Shown: positions 50,201 to 62,200 of the stretch, piece by piece
How the letters are laid out: each line of letters opens with the position of its first letter
Position numbering within the stretch: position 1 is the stretch's first letter
NCBI GenBank assembly: GCA_905178155.1
Contig: CAJINV010000010.1
Location: 1,992,778 to 2,056,777 of the forward strand
DNA length: 64,000 nt
Direction: 5' to 3'
Source of the DNA: Amoebophrya sp. A120
Taxonomy: Eukaryota; Protista; Dinoflagellata
Notes under the pieces: generated by a model
Database searches by the model: none
Told to the model about the DNA's origin: nothing
The model's input: the letters and a program-made list of their open reading frames with translations, nothing else
Made by a program: the position numbers and the translations under genes

Positions 50201-52413
50201 ATCGAGCTTTGGCAGGATGGGAAGCAGAGTGTCCCGCATCTTTTCGGCGTACTGGCTGTAGTCGTGCTTGGCTGGACCCTGTTGTTCGGAAGATTTTTCC
50301 TCAACCTGATCCGTGGACGACGACGACGAAGATCCGTCTGCGGCGGTGCTGGTTGAGTCCAGTTTTTTGCTGGTGCTCTCGAGTATCCTGACTAAAAACG
50401 TCCCCACACGACCAGAGTCCAGATGGGAAAACTGCTAGACAAACCAGCAAGCTTTGGTTGTTTCGCTAGACAAGTCAGCTTGATGTCCTCGTAGCGTCAA
50501 CCTGTTCTTTAGCTAGTTCAGCAGCATCACAGATCTAGCTTATGATGCTGATTCTAGCATCACCAATCCCACAAAGCGGCTAGAAAATGCTTCTTATGGG
50601 GCTCCGCATGAGAAACTTTTTTGGGATGCAGATTTGCACGACAGCCATGGGGTAGGGACGTAGTTTTTACTCAGAATATCGGTTTGACGATTATGTTGCG
50701 CCACCGCATTCGGCGCCCAAAACGTGGCGGCCAACTGCGCAATCGCCGCGTGTTCGTCGGAGTTTATAACCCGCTCAGGTGTTAGAATCTCAAACGTTAC
50801 AATAGAATATGGAAATCTGTGATGCAAGAGTGCATGATGCAGCAAACTCTCATAGGATTGCGCATGACAAGTTCCGCAGCCCCAAGAAACCCCACTACAA
50901 TCTGGCGAAATTTGTATTGCAAAAGGTGGAACGCTGTGCGAGTCTGTCATGCTCATCATGCAACACAAATTCCAGATTCTATTGTAACGTTTGAGGTTGT
51001 AACATTTGAGCAAGTCATAGAGTTGAATTTGAAATTCTGGAAAAACGAATCGTCTCCGTTTTGCTCCCCGGAAATGGCGAACTCCGCGGGGATATCAAGA
51101 GGAAAGATCCCCCCTCCCCATATCAAAACGAAACTTCTGATGCTGGATCTGTGTACACAAATCCGCGCTGTCTTGCTGGAGAGCACTGCAGGCCCGCGCC
51201 AAGTGTGAGCAGAGAGGTTTTGGCCTAGGCGCTTAGCTTGAAAAACATCCACGCTTTAGGCCCCGCAGCATGACAAACCGCCTGCATAATGCGGCGGAGC
51301 CTGCAAAGTTGCCTTCTTGCAAGACAGACTCGATCTGTGACCACAAACCAGCATCACAAATTTTCAAAAATATACCGTTTGAGTATGGGGAGGGGGGATT
51401 TTTCCTTTTGATATGGGACCTCCAGTAGCGATCCAATCACCGTGCCGTTTTTCACCCCGAGCCCGAAGTTTCCGTTTTCAAAATCCAAAACTGTCACATC
51501 ATAGTTGAACTGCTTTAAAACTTCCAGTCGCGCTTCCTGCTCTTTCTCGTACTCGCTGACCGGCACAGCCGAGCCCCACCAGGAAGAAGAACTAGTTGAT
51601 GCCGCGGCCGCTTTTTTACTCGCTTCGTCGTCTACTTCGGCGGCATTTCCCTTTCTCCCCGCGGAAGAGGAGGTGACTTGTACCAAATTCAACCGCTTTT
51701 TCATCTCTTCTCGCCGTGAAGCAGATGATACTGCAGTTGTGCCAGCATCTGGTCCTAATTTTGCATTATCACCAATGTTCTTGCTGTCCTGCTCTAGAAA
51801 TTTGATTAGCTCCGGGTGTGTTTTCATTGGGTCGGGGAACCGCACGAGTTGGTTTTTCAAAGACTCTTTCCACACCTTCCCGGCCATCAAACCCCGCGCC
51901 GAAAGCGTATGAAAGCCTCAGAATGCAAATCCTCAACGTGGAAATAATTTGTGATGCATGAAATGCGACGCAAAAAAGACTGTATTGCAGAGGATGCAAT
52001 GAAAGCCGACTATTGTCGTCCTACGGGTTAAGAATTGGAGTGCTGATTAGCACGAGAGAAGTGCACCCCTTTGCCTAACTACTAGCATGACAGACACGTT
52101 TTGAGTGCCCGGGAAATTTGTCATGCGCCGACTACAAATGGCGCTTCAACTGAAGTCGTTTTTTTGCATTACAAATTATTTCCACTTTGAGGATTTCCAA
52201 ACTGAGGCTTTCATACAGCGCTTCCTCCGCGGAGGCTGCGTCTCCTCCAGAGGACGAGGAGCCGCTTGCCCCACTCCTGCCGCCGCCGTAGCTGGACGAA
52301 GTCGACCCGCCGCCGGGGGAGTAAAAGAGGGCCGTGTCGTGATCCATCGACACATAGAAGAGGACCACGAGGGAGGCGAGAAACCCCCAGATTACCTGCA
52401 TCAAGGTGATCAT
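44226..52413 (-). CDS. Large hypothetical protein with N-terminal TM anchor and K/E/S-rich tail, 14 exons
   Basis: VIWGFLASLVVLFYVSM at N-terminus; successive minus-strand ORFs separated by 13 TIR elements; not every junction frame-checked. Confidence 0.6.
45196..45343. mobile_element. TIR introner family L
   Basis: DR GCTTC; frame restored. Confidence 0.88.
45994..46215. mobile_element. TIR introner family D
   Basis: DR ACACC/ACAGC. Confidence 0.85.
46332..46587. mobile_element. TIR introner family A
   Basis: DR CCGCT/CTGCT. Confidence 0.85.
46795..46947. mobile_element. TIR introner family B
   Basis: DR CTTGA/TTTGT. Confidence 0.8.
47001..47261. mobile_element. TIR introner family A
   Basis: DR CGCTT. 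Confidence 0.9.
47610..47773. mobile_element. TIR introner, singleton family
   Basis: AAAAAGTGTTGGCGTTAACGG / CCGTTAACGTTAACACTTTTT inverted; DR TTGAA. Confidence 0.85.
47816..47968. mobile_element. TIR introner family B
   Basis: DR AGCTG. Confidence 0.88.
48408..48620. mobile_element. TIR introner family H-like
   Basis: DR TGTTC/TCTTC. Confidence 0.82.
49901..50084. mobile_element. TIR introner family B-like
   Basis: DR AGCAC. Confidence 0.85.
50384..50678. mobile_element. TIR introner family G
   Basis: DR TCGAG/TCGGT. Confidence 0.8.
50765..51019. mobile_element. TIR introner family E (opposite orientation to 2322)
   Basis: DR GAGTT. Confidence 0.9.
51093..51413. mobile_element. TIR introner family C
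   Basis: DR GGGGA/TGGGA. Confidence 0.88.
51908..52215. mobile_element. TIR introner family J
   Basis: TATGAAAGCCTCAG...CTGAGGCTTTCATA; DR AAGCG/CAGCG. Confidence 0.88.
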
Positions 52414-54158
52414 CTTCTTGATCTATGTTTGTTTCTGTCGGTGAGTATGAGGTAGACGGTGAATTATTTGTTCGCGTTTTTCTATGGTTTGTTGTTGTTC
52501 TCCTAAACTAATTTTTTTTTTCAGAGTGGACGTCGTGATGTAACAATGCTCTGATTTTCTTTTTCATTTTCGATCTGTTCAAGCAGATTGCTAAAACAGT
52601 AGTACCCGCCTTTTCGGCGTAGTTGGTACGGCGGGTGGTTGCCTAGTAACTACTCAAGTTCATCTCTATAACTACTTCTATAAAGTGCATCAGAATCAAT
52701 TTCATCATGTTCATTACAGAATCTCATGTGAAAAGCGAACTTCGGAAAGAGGTTGTTCAGAACTCACGTTAAACAGGGTAGTCGTGGGTATGTTCTAGGC
52801 TAATGTCGGCGCACTACTACAACTTAGAAGATCATCTTATCGTGTTTCGCTTGTTGATGGGCCGCTGCAAAGTCAAACTCAAACTTGCTGTCAAGTGGCA
52901 TACCTGTAATATCGTCACACCGTAGCTCCTACTGCTGATAGGCAATTGGAAAGTGAATACTTATTACGCGTGCCTCTCGGCCAGGATCAGGAACTTCGTC
53001 GAGTCATTTATCATTCTCAAACATGACACCAGACGTTTTCTGTGGCCGTGCTGTCAGGAGGTTCATCTTCGTCTTTTCGTGCAAAGATCACAGGAACACA
53101 TCAAAGAAGGCCAATCTACAACAGAGGTAGAGAATGGCTCGATGCGGCTCTGCGTGGATATGCGCAACCGTCTGTGGTTGTTTGTGGCACCGAAGTTGCA
53201 ACGAAATACAGTGAAGCGCGAAGACTCTACTTGTTGTTGTAAGTCTGTTAGTATTCCTACGCTGGTAACTGTTCATTGTAAAAACACTATCGACGAATAG
53301 TGTCATTTGATCAACGGTAGAATAGTTTACAATGAGTTCGATACGATGCATTTTGTGATGCTCTAGAAGTACTAACCTCAGCTAGGCCTCCTGGTCTAAA
53401 AGGTTTGTCCTGTAGTCTCTGAAGAGGTACTTGATATTAAACCGCGTCAACCTGCGAATCTGGCAATAGAGGCGGGCAATCTGTAGTTCATAACCGACTG
53501 AGCTGAAACTCCGCTAGGAAACAATAGCGATCGCTAGATTTGTTCGTAGAAGGCTTAGCTGGTCTATGTTGTATACGTTTTTGATGTTGTGTTAGCACAG
53601 TCTGGTACTAACCTCGTAAGTAGGTTTATTGAAACATATAGATAAATTGCTTTTCATCTGATTCCTACATTCTGACACAATTTAACTGTTGTAAATTCTG
53701 AATCGACAATGATGTATCTCGAGTCTGCTGATCTGCTGTAATCTGCTCTGCGTAAACTATAAGGTAAAATCTGGTATAATGACACAGTTCGTTCATAAAA
53801 CTATTGCTTGCTCTCTCAGCCTCGCTACTGCGATGAGGCTGAGGGTGAGGGCTGCTATCTGAGGTAAGAGTTTATTAGGTTTCTCTTGGTCTGTTGCTGT
53901 TGTTCAGTGTAAGTTTTAGTCTAAAATTGGATTTGTCAAATTCTGAGAAGCACACTAGCATAACATATAATTGTTTTTCGATAAATTACAGGTCTGATAA
54001 AGAGAAACTGTTTATACGTTACAGTTACTGTCTCCGCGTTAAAAACCTGATCTGCCGGTCTGATGCTGTAAACGTATCGAGTTTGGTGTTTCTGTTTCAT
54101 TGATAGTGCTGTTCTGGTCGTGAACGGTTTGTGATGCAAGAAACGCATTTCTTGCCCT

Positions 54159-57100
54159 TCACTTCCGCGTGTTATTCATCCGGGCCTTCTGCTGCTCCAA
54201 GCTCATGGAAGCACCCTTCGGAGCGCGCGAGTTGCTGTTTTTTTGTTTACGGTAGATTTTCATTGTTGCACCACACATTCGGATCGATGTTGAAGTACCG
54301 AATCGCAATCGGCCTGGTGGTCATGCACACGGTCGTGCATAAAAACAAGTAAAACATGGGCGAACTGCGTTACTGCACGTTACGCATGACAAACTACGCT
54401 ATACCGTGTGCTGAATCCGGCCCGGGAAGACGTGTCGCTGAAGTTATCCGGCACATCTGGACCCAGAAGCTGTGCAGCGGAAGCGCCAACTGAGTTATTT
54501 TCATGGTTTTGTAGTTTTAATTCATACCATGGCTATAGCAACTTATGCCGAGGATGACAAACGCGATCACAGAACAAGCTGCAATCTGCTGCATGATCGA
54601 AAGAGTTGATGTCACTACTACAAGAAGGAGCTATTCTATACGAAATCAATGACATTATTCACCTGCGCTCTGCGGTGCCATGGTGTGGTTCTCAATGGCC
54701 TTCCAGATGTTCTTCATGCGCACCTCGCGGCCCCAGGAGTCGGTGAGCAATTTTTTCTCGAAGTCCTTTGCGGCCTGCTCATTCTTCGTCTGGACGAGCT
54801 GTGATAAGGTTTTGCATCACGATCACAGATTTTTGTCTTATTAAAAACTGAAATTCATCATCTTGATCTTCACATAGCAGTAATGCATCACGCAACACGT
54901 CGCAGATGCGAATCATGCATCATAAGCTCGTCACAGAGGCAGATGGGATGCGAATTATGCATCACAAAATAAGTAAATTTCTATACCACTTCGTTCTTGT
55001 TCGCGACTATCTGCGAGTACTCCAGTTCCCGCTCCTTATTCCTCTCCAAGGTCTTCAATGCGTTCATTGTCCTCACTTGCAGGGTATGCATTTTTACACA
55101 CATCGATTTGGATCTCCAGAATATGTCTTGACTGACCAGCAACTACAGTGTGTGGTCCACCTCCCTTGTGATGCAATCATGCGCACTACGCACGAGTAGA
55201 CAAAAGCGTAGTTGTTCTACAGACTTCTCATGTCGACTCAACAGTAATAAATGATCACTCGTCTTCAACATTGAGCATCAAAAATTTTCTCCGTCCTGAC
55301 CCAGGTCGATATTTGCAATGGATACAGGGACAGATCGTCACGGTACTTCCCGGCACGCTCCTTCATAAGCTGATGTGGTTGACAGTTTATTTTCATATTT
55401 CATTGATTGAACAAGATGCAAAACCTCGCATGACGAAGTTTCGGCGTGGGTTGATGTTTTTACCATGAACAATAGCAAAAAAGAACATGACCCCAATCTT
55501 GTTCTATCATAGCCTATACTGCTCTCAATCCCGCGTCATCGGGTTCGGTGAACTGCGGAAATTCGTGCGCGCTAGCCCCGTGGATCCAGTTTTGGCGGTC
55601 ATGACCCCGCTTCACGCGGTTCCACTCCATTTGTTGCTGGATAAAATCCTGGTTTTCCGCGGCCAGCGCTCGCTTGCGGTCCATGTCGTCACGCTCCTGT
55701 TTCAGACACCTGTCCAAGTGCTCTTCCCACTGCCGTCGGTCCTGATTTTTCGTTTAGCAGGAGTTGCATTACAAATCCTTTTGCTAAGGTAAAAAAATCC
55801 GCATTAGAAATTTTATTTCTCATGCTGAGAAAGTTTCAGTTTGTAAATGCATTTATACGAGTACGATACTTTTGCAGTTCATAAGAACTTCTATACCGCA
55901 ATAGCTTCGCTCGCCCTGATCTCCATCTCGGTCAAATATCGGTCCATCGCCTCCCTGTGCGCTTTTTCCTGTTTCACCGTTGGTCCCTTGTATTTTGCTA
56001 TGCATTGCAAATATGTCTGGGTCTGGAAGCTTGTGTTGCTGAGATTTGCATTGCAGACTGGCTGCTTGTACGGCATAACAGCATGAGAAGTTTTCCTCAG
56101 CTTATTGCGGATTCACTCGAGTTTAAGAGCATTACAAACTCCCATGCTGGATGATCCAGCACGACAAAAAAGGTGGCCAATTGATGTATAAATGCATAAC
56201 AGATTTTCTTGCCCTTCAGATCTGGCATCACAAATCCAGAACCAGACATTTTTGCATTTGATATTTGCCGGGTCGTACAGACTGTGCTCCGACACCTGCG
56301 ACAAGTCTGACTCCGCGTAGCCGTAGTCTGCCTCGTTGTAGACGTCAGACGCCGGTAATTGGATCGGGGCGCTTCCTTGTGGTGCCTGCATCTCGCTGGG
56401 TGATGGCCCGGCGAAGGGGATGTGTTCGGACTCCGCCTCGAGCGCTTCTCTCTCCTTTATGCATTGCAAATATGTAGTCTGGGTCTGGAAACTTGTGATG
56501 CAAATCTACGAATTGTGGGCGCACTGCAATATGGAGCCCAGCATGACAAGTTTCTGCGCTGCTGCGTGTTTTGTTCTTCGCATGACAAACTGCGCTTTTG
56601 CATGACAGGCAAGAGGCCCTTTTCCTACTCATGCATCACAGATTCAAGAGTCATGCCAGACAAGCATGACAAACTTGCATTCTACTTCCAGATTGAGACA
56701 TATTTGCAGCATTTGATATCCTTTATCAAACCCGCACCCGCCTCGGGGACCGATTCGAGGTTGGACTGGTCTCGCACTTTCGTTCCCTTCAGTCGGAGCT
56801 TCAGCGCCTCTGCTGAGGGTGCCTGGAAGGTTCTGCTCGGTGCGTAGGATGAGACGGCGTGGGCGGACTCTGCCGGAGCGGCGAGACCTGTAATAAAGAG
56901 AGATTTTCTTGATATTTGTGTGTTAACTACATGCAAAACGTATCAATACATGAGCATGACCACGTCCACGCTACCTAATGGTGCTCGTCACAACATCAGA
57001 CAGAAGAGATCGCAAGTTGTCCTCACCCAACATACATCATGGTGAAATAAAACATTAGCATCATCTAAATGTTGATAGTACCTTCCTTTGCGTACAGTTC

Positions 57101-58267
57101 GGACTTGAAGACAAAACCCGTTTTTCTCTCCAGAGAATGGAACTTGCCGTGCTCAAAGTCGATTTCCACCTTCTTCCCGGTTGCAACCGCCTCCCCGATT
57201 GCCTGGATGATGTTATCCAGGAAAAAAAGATTGTTAGTGAGAGTTTGTGATGCAGCGCAAGAACACGTAAGGCGGAGGTTGTGTCTGTCATGCTGGACAT
57301 GCATTACAGGACCCATTCAAGCGAGTTTTGTCATGCTATCTGCGCATGACAAGTATCTGCTCTCGTGCCAGACAGATTTGTAATGCTGTTCCGCCAATCT
57401 AAGTTTACACCTACAATCTTTTTTTCTTGGATAGATGTACCGCAGGCCGCAGTAGACGTTGTCCTTGTTCAGACAGTTCGAAAACTTTATCGCAAGAAAA
57501 TAGAACTGTTTCACATTCACTGTGATGATTTTGCCAGGTCTGCATCACAAGTTTGCCACACATGCACAGAAAATTTGCCATGCGCGCCCCCCATCATCAA
57601 GGGAAAACACGACTAAAAATCCGACGTAGTTTTGCGCCAGGTGTAGCACTAGCAAGACAAACACTGTCTATGCTTCATTCTCTGCATCTTCACAAGTTCA
57701 CAATGAAAAAGATTCTTCTTGCGATAAACTTGATTGCCGCTTTACTGAAGTTGAACTCCTCGTACGCGCACTGGTCTTTTTCGTCGATCTTAGACGCGGA
57801 TTTTTTGTTGTCCACCGCGAAGGTCTGGATGAAGCTCTCCGCGAGTTGGAAAAAGGGTCTCAGTTTCACGCCGTTCTTCGTTCTCTCCTTGTAATACCCA
57901 ATTTTGCAGAAATTGGTGATGTTGAGCCCCTTCTTCTGGTCCAAGCAAAAGGCGATGTACCTGATAAAGTCGGATTTGAAATTTGCGTGATTCAATAATC
58001 TCAATTGCATCTTGATCTTGTCTTGCAAGACATACATTGTAATACGATGTCCCGCATTGGGATTGGCACTCGCACTCTTGGTGCTGTCGCTGTGCATGAC
58101 AATGAACCAGCAGACTCTAAAAACATATCATTATCATACCTGTTCACGCAGTCCCATATTTCCAGGTACTCTCCGGATGGGTGGGGAAAGTTGTTGACGT
58201 CTTTTAGCAATCTCCCACGCTTCTTGACGACGTCTTCCAGGCAGTCTATCAATTTGTAGACCGACAT
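54159..58267 (-). CDS. CCDC81: CCDC81-like protein (HU-like domains plus coiled coil), 13 exons
   Basis: IWDCVNRYIAFCLDQKKGLNITNFCKI..LRPFFQLAESF..EEFNFSKAAIKFSNCLNKD..IIQAIGEAVATGKKVEIDFEHGKF; 5 TIR introns and 7 GT-AG introns. Confidence 0.75.
54235..54404 (-). other. Canonical GT-AG intron (CCDC81)
   Basis: CG|GTATAG...AAACAG|C joins to STRNSRAP. Confidence 0.6.
54490..54662 (-). other. Canonical GT-AG intron (CCDC81)
   Basis: G|GTGAAT...ACTCAG|TT joins to SAVGAS. Confidence 0.6.
54799..54986 (-). other. Canonical GT-AG intron (CCDC81) carrying GCATCAC motifs
   Basis: GTG|GTATAG...TCACAG|CTC joins to NEVLVQ. Confidence 0.7.
55085..55324. mobile_element. Degenerate TIR introner, family A-like
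   Basis: DR CAGGG; frame restored DLSLQVRTM. Confidence 0.75.
55370..55519 (-). other. Canonical GT-AG intron (CCDC81)
   Basis: GCA|GTATAG...CATCAG|CTT joins to RALMKER. Confidence 0.7.
55742..55896 (-). other. GT-AG intron containing a one-armed family B introner
   Basis: GCG|GTATAG...AATCAG|GAC; intact TIR ends at 55883, other TIR absent. Confidence 0.7.
55999..56263. mobile_element. TIR introner family A
   Basis: DR TTTGC. Confidence 0.88.
56458..56718. mobile_element. TIR introner family A
   Basis: DR TCCTT. Confidence 0.88.
56888..57081 (-). other. Canonical GT-AG intron (CCDC81)
   Basis: G|GTACTA...TACAG|GT joins to KEGLA. Confidence 0.75.
57214..57433. mobile_element. TIR introner, singleton family
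   Basis: TATCCAGGAAAAAAAGATTGT...ACAATCTTTTTTTCTTGGATA; DR GATGT. Confidence 0.88.
57488..57726. mobile_element. TIR introner family H
   Basis: DR AACTT. Confidence 0.88.
57961..58139 (-). other. Canonical GT-AG intron (CCDC81 intron 1)
   Basis: AG|GTATGA...ATCAG|GTAC joins to VNRYI. Confidence 0.8.
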
Positions 58268-59117
58268 GTTGATGACTTCTTTTTTTTTTTTTCGCTCGTA
58301 GTAGTACAGTGAGAGTTTTCTACTGTTTCTGTTTGATACAAAATAAATGCGAAAAAAACAAAAAGTTTACTCTCTCGTCCTCACCCCTAGAGGTTGTTAT
58401 TGATGTGACTTGTTAGAAAAATGATCTGAGAACTCAAATCGGAAGATGTAGCTAAAGGCGACGTTGTTCACACCCGCGGTGGTAAACTCTCATCTACGTA
58501 GTACAACAAGAATAGACGAAAATGTCGTAGTAATTCCCCTCCCGGTTGCGTAAACCTAAGTTCGTCTACCAAGGTTGACCATACGAGAAAGTCATAGTAG
58601 ATAAAGACACAAGGATTTCGATTCTGTCCCCGAACGACGAAGAGTGAGTGTGCTTCTCCTCTCTCAACGTAATGCCATGTAAATGCATTTTTCCCTCACG
58701 AAGATAGCCACTAACTTCTATCAGGAGAAGAGCAGGAGCAGGACCAGGAGAACAAGAAGTCGCTCGATTTTCCCTTCATCTTGCCAACACGACTACAGAA
58801 CACCATCTGCTCAAGCACGGTGTTTGGTCTGCCTCTTCATCACAGCAGCAGTACTACTGCAGATCGAAATCGCTGATTATCACTTCGAATCTTCTACCTA
58901 GTACTGTATTCTCTGTTGACGCGCGATTTGAGCGCTCTTCAAAATTGTGGTTCATTTGGACGACGACGAAATGCAGGACGACGAAGTTTAGTTTGCTTCA
59001 CATTTTTTGTCAAAAAATCAAGCGTCAAAAAAAGAATAAAGCGAGGTCTTCAGTGCTCTTCACTATGTTTCCATCGGAGGTCCTTTATTTGGTCTAGTTT
59101 CGCGGGTGCTACTCTTT

Positions 59118-59267
59118 TATGCTGTGCAAAAGTATCGTACTAGTATAAATTGCATTACAAATTCACTTAGCATTACAAATTAAATTTGTAATGCGGATTT
59201 GCCTTAAAAGAGAGATTTGTAATGCATAACCGCAATCAGTACGAGTACGATACTTTTGCAGTTCATA
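59118..59267. mobile_element. TIR introner family B in ABCC 3' UTR
   Basis: DR TCTTT; just downstream of stop codon at 59276. Confidence 0.9.
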
Positions 59268-59275
59268 TCTTTGTC

Positions 59276-62200
59276 TTACTCCCCTCCCCCCATCGTCCCA
59301 GCCGCGTCTGCTTCTCGCATCAACATCGCTAACCGCGAATTGCTGTTACTGCCACTCGGCCTTGTTCCGTGATCGTTCCCCGACCCTACAGCTTCCCGTG
59401 GTCCCAACAACTCCGCCGGCGTGCCACTCTCGACCAATTTCCCGTCGTGGAAGATCAGCACCTTGTCGAACTGCCGCACGAAATGCAAGCGGTGCATGAT
59501 CCACAACACGGTTGTTTCCTTTTATCCTGAGCAAAAACGTTCCCACCCCAGATTCAACATGGGGATCTCGCAACAGAAATCGAGAAGTGTTGGGAGTCAA
59601 GCATGACAAGTTCCTGTCTGTATTGTAGGGCAGTTTAGCAAGTACAGCCGCAACACAAATCCATCTATTCATCCTGTTTACAGCATGACAAAGTCCAAAA
59701 CACGATTGGAAAAGGAAATGCCTCTCATGGGGATGCGCATTACAACTCTTCCTGTAACTGCAAATCTGCATGACAACTATGGGGTGGGGATGTTTTTACT
59801 CAGGATACCTTTCCCAATTTGTTCAGGATCACGTCGTGGATTTTCTCCTCTATCCCACGGAGAAACTTTTTCACTGTGATGAATTTCATTTTGCAAGATC
59901 TGCATCACAAGTTTGATACATATGATACTGAAAATTTGTCATGCGGATTTCCGAGGGGAAAACACACTTAAAAATCCAATGTCTTGCAGGTGTAGCAAGA
60001 CAAATAGTTCTGTGATCCATTTTCTGCATCACAAGTTCACAGTCAAACAGCTTCTTCTTGCGATATCGTCCGACTTCAAATCGATGTTCGCGGTCGCCTC
60101 GTCGCACAGCAGTAACTCCGGATCGTCGATCAAAGCCCGGGCCACCGCGAAGAGCTGCTTTTTATCAGCTGCAAAAGTGTCGGGGTCAGGAAGAGTCGAG
60201 CTTGTCATGCATATTTTGCATGACCCGTGAGGTCTGTCATGCTTGTGGTAGCATCACAGATTTTTTGAGAACTTCTTGATGCTAATTACGCAAGAGAAAT
60301 GCCCTCTCCGCGTGCCAAGAGCTGACTCCTCTTACTGCTCATGCAACGCGGATATTTTTAGAATTCGCAGACTGCATTACAAGTTCCACTCTTCCAGACC
60401 CAGACATATTTGCACTCCATACTTTTCCCCCACGGAAAAATCGTCGTTAAATTCCGAATCGAGTTGGTAAGGGAGGGACTGAACTCTTTGTTTCAAATTC
60501 ACTATGTCCAGAATCCGCCAGATTTTACTGTCGTACGAATTGGTGTCAGAAGCTACAGCTGCTACTCGTGCACCGAGCGGACTTACTGAAGATGTTGTTG
60601 TAGCCTCTGTTGCACCACCAGCGCCTTTAGAAGTCGCGGACCTTAAATTTTCCCGAATCGTCCCGCTGATCAGATTTGAGTCCTGACTCACCATCCGGAA
60701 CATTTTTTTTCGCCACAGTAACGGATTCGTCTCCGCTAAGCTCAAATTTCCGATCAGAATTTCCGACCCGGGTTGGGATTTGTACAAGCCCGATAAAGCG
60801 TTAAACAAGCTCGACTTTCCCGAGCCACTTCTCCCGATGATCGCCACTTTTTCGCCCTTCTGGATCTGAAAATTCACGTTTTCCAGAACCGGGTTCTTGT
60901 GCAACCGGTACCGGAAGGACAGATTCCGCACCTCCAACGCAACAGCTTCGGGTAATATCGAAGAAGCCCTCCGACGCGTCATTTTCTGACTGGAAGCGGG
61001 GGATTTGGAATTTCTACCACGGGTACTAGATGGTAGTTCATATTGCTGGGAGGTCCTCGTCGTCGTTTCTTTGCTAGGATGACCAAGGGAAGAACTCGCT
61101 CGGCTGATGGAGCGAGATTGGGAAGGAGGTGTTGATTGAGAATTTTTCGAGGAGGAAGAAGCGGAAACGTAGTCGGAGTTGGTCGCGCTGTTCAGCGATT
61201 GCTTTGTCCGGCTTGGTTCTGTTGTAACAAGCATGGGCGAGATGGATATCCCGAGAAAAAACTGCTTCACTTTGATGAGCATTTTGCAAGATCTGCATCA
61301 CAAGTTGTTACACATGACACTGAAAATCTGTCATGCGCGCTTTCCAAAGGAAAACACGCTTGAAAATCCAATGCCTTTCTGCAGATATCGCAACACAAGT
61401 GGTTCTGCGTTAAATTTTCTGCATCACAAGTTCACAGTGAAACACTTTTTTTCTTGCGATAATGGAGCAGGAAGAATCAATCTCCACCTCCTCGAAGCTC
61501 TTGTAGTTCTCCAGATCGGGGGAGATCGGGTGAGTCATGTCGTTGGAAACAACTTCAACCAACTCCTGATCCTGGCCCATTGCGAGGTTGTTGTTCTCAG
61601 GCGAAAATGAGGATGCATCCTGTAGTAGTCCGGCCGCGCCGGCCCGAGGACTGATTTTCCTACCATCCACCACGAGTGTTGGAGTGGTTGTCGTGCCGAG
61701 GTCGTCCTGGTCTCCAACTACATCTTCGCCCATTTGTAGTACCTCTTCTTCATGACTCAGCCCTTTAGAAGTATTCCAGTGCCCGTCCACCTCTACCGGC
61801 AAGCGGCAATACTCCGCGCACCGCTCCACGGAGACAAAATTCTGCTCCATTGTGGTCAATCCCATGCAGTAGTCCATCATCGCGCGTTGTAGAATTCCCG
61901 CGTAGAGTATCCTGGTGGAAGAAACGCCCTTCCCCATCCATCTTTTGCATGACAAACACTGCTTTTGGTGCATGTTTTGCATGACAAATTGGATGGGGAT
62001 GGGTGCTTTAGTTTTTTCCTGGATATAGAGCAACACCAACCCGAAGTCTGCGGCTTTGAAAGTCCAGGCACCAGTATCAAAAGGAAAAATCCCCCCTCCC
62101 CATATTGAAAAGGTATGTTGCCGAAAATTTGTGTTGCTGATTTGAGGTCACAAATCGTCTCTGTGTTGCATGAAGGCAACTCCACAAGCTCCGCCGCATC

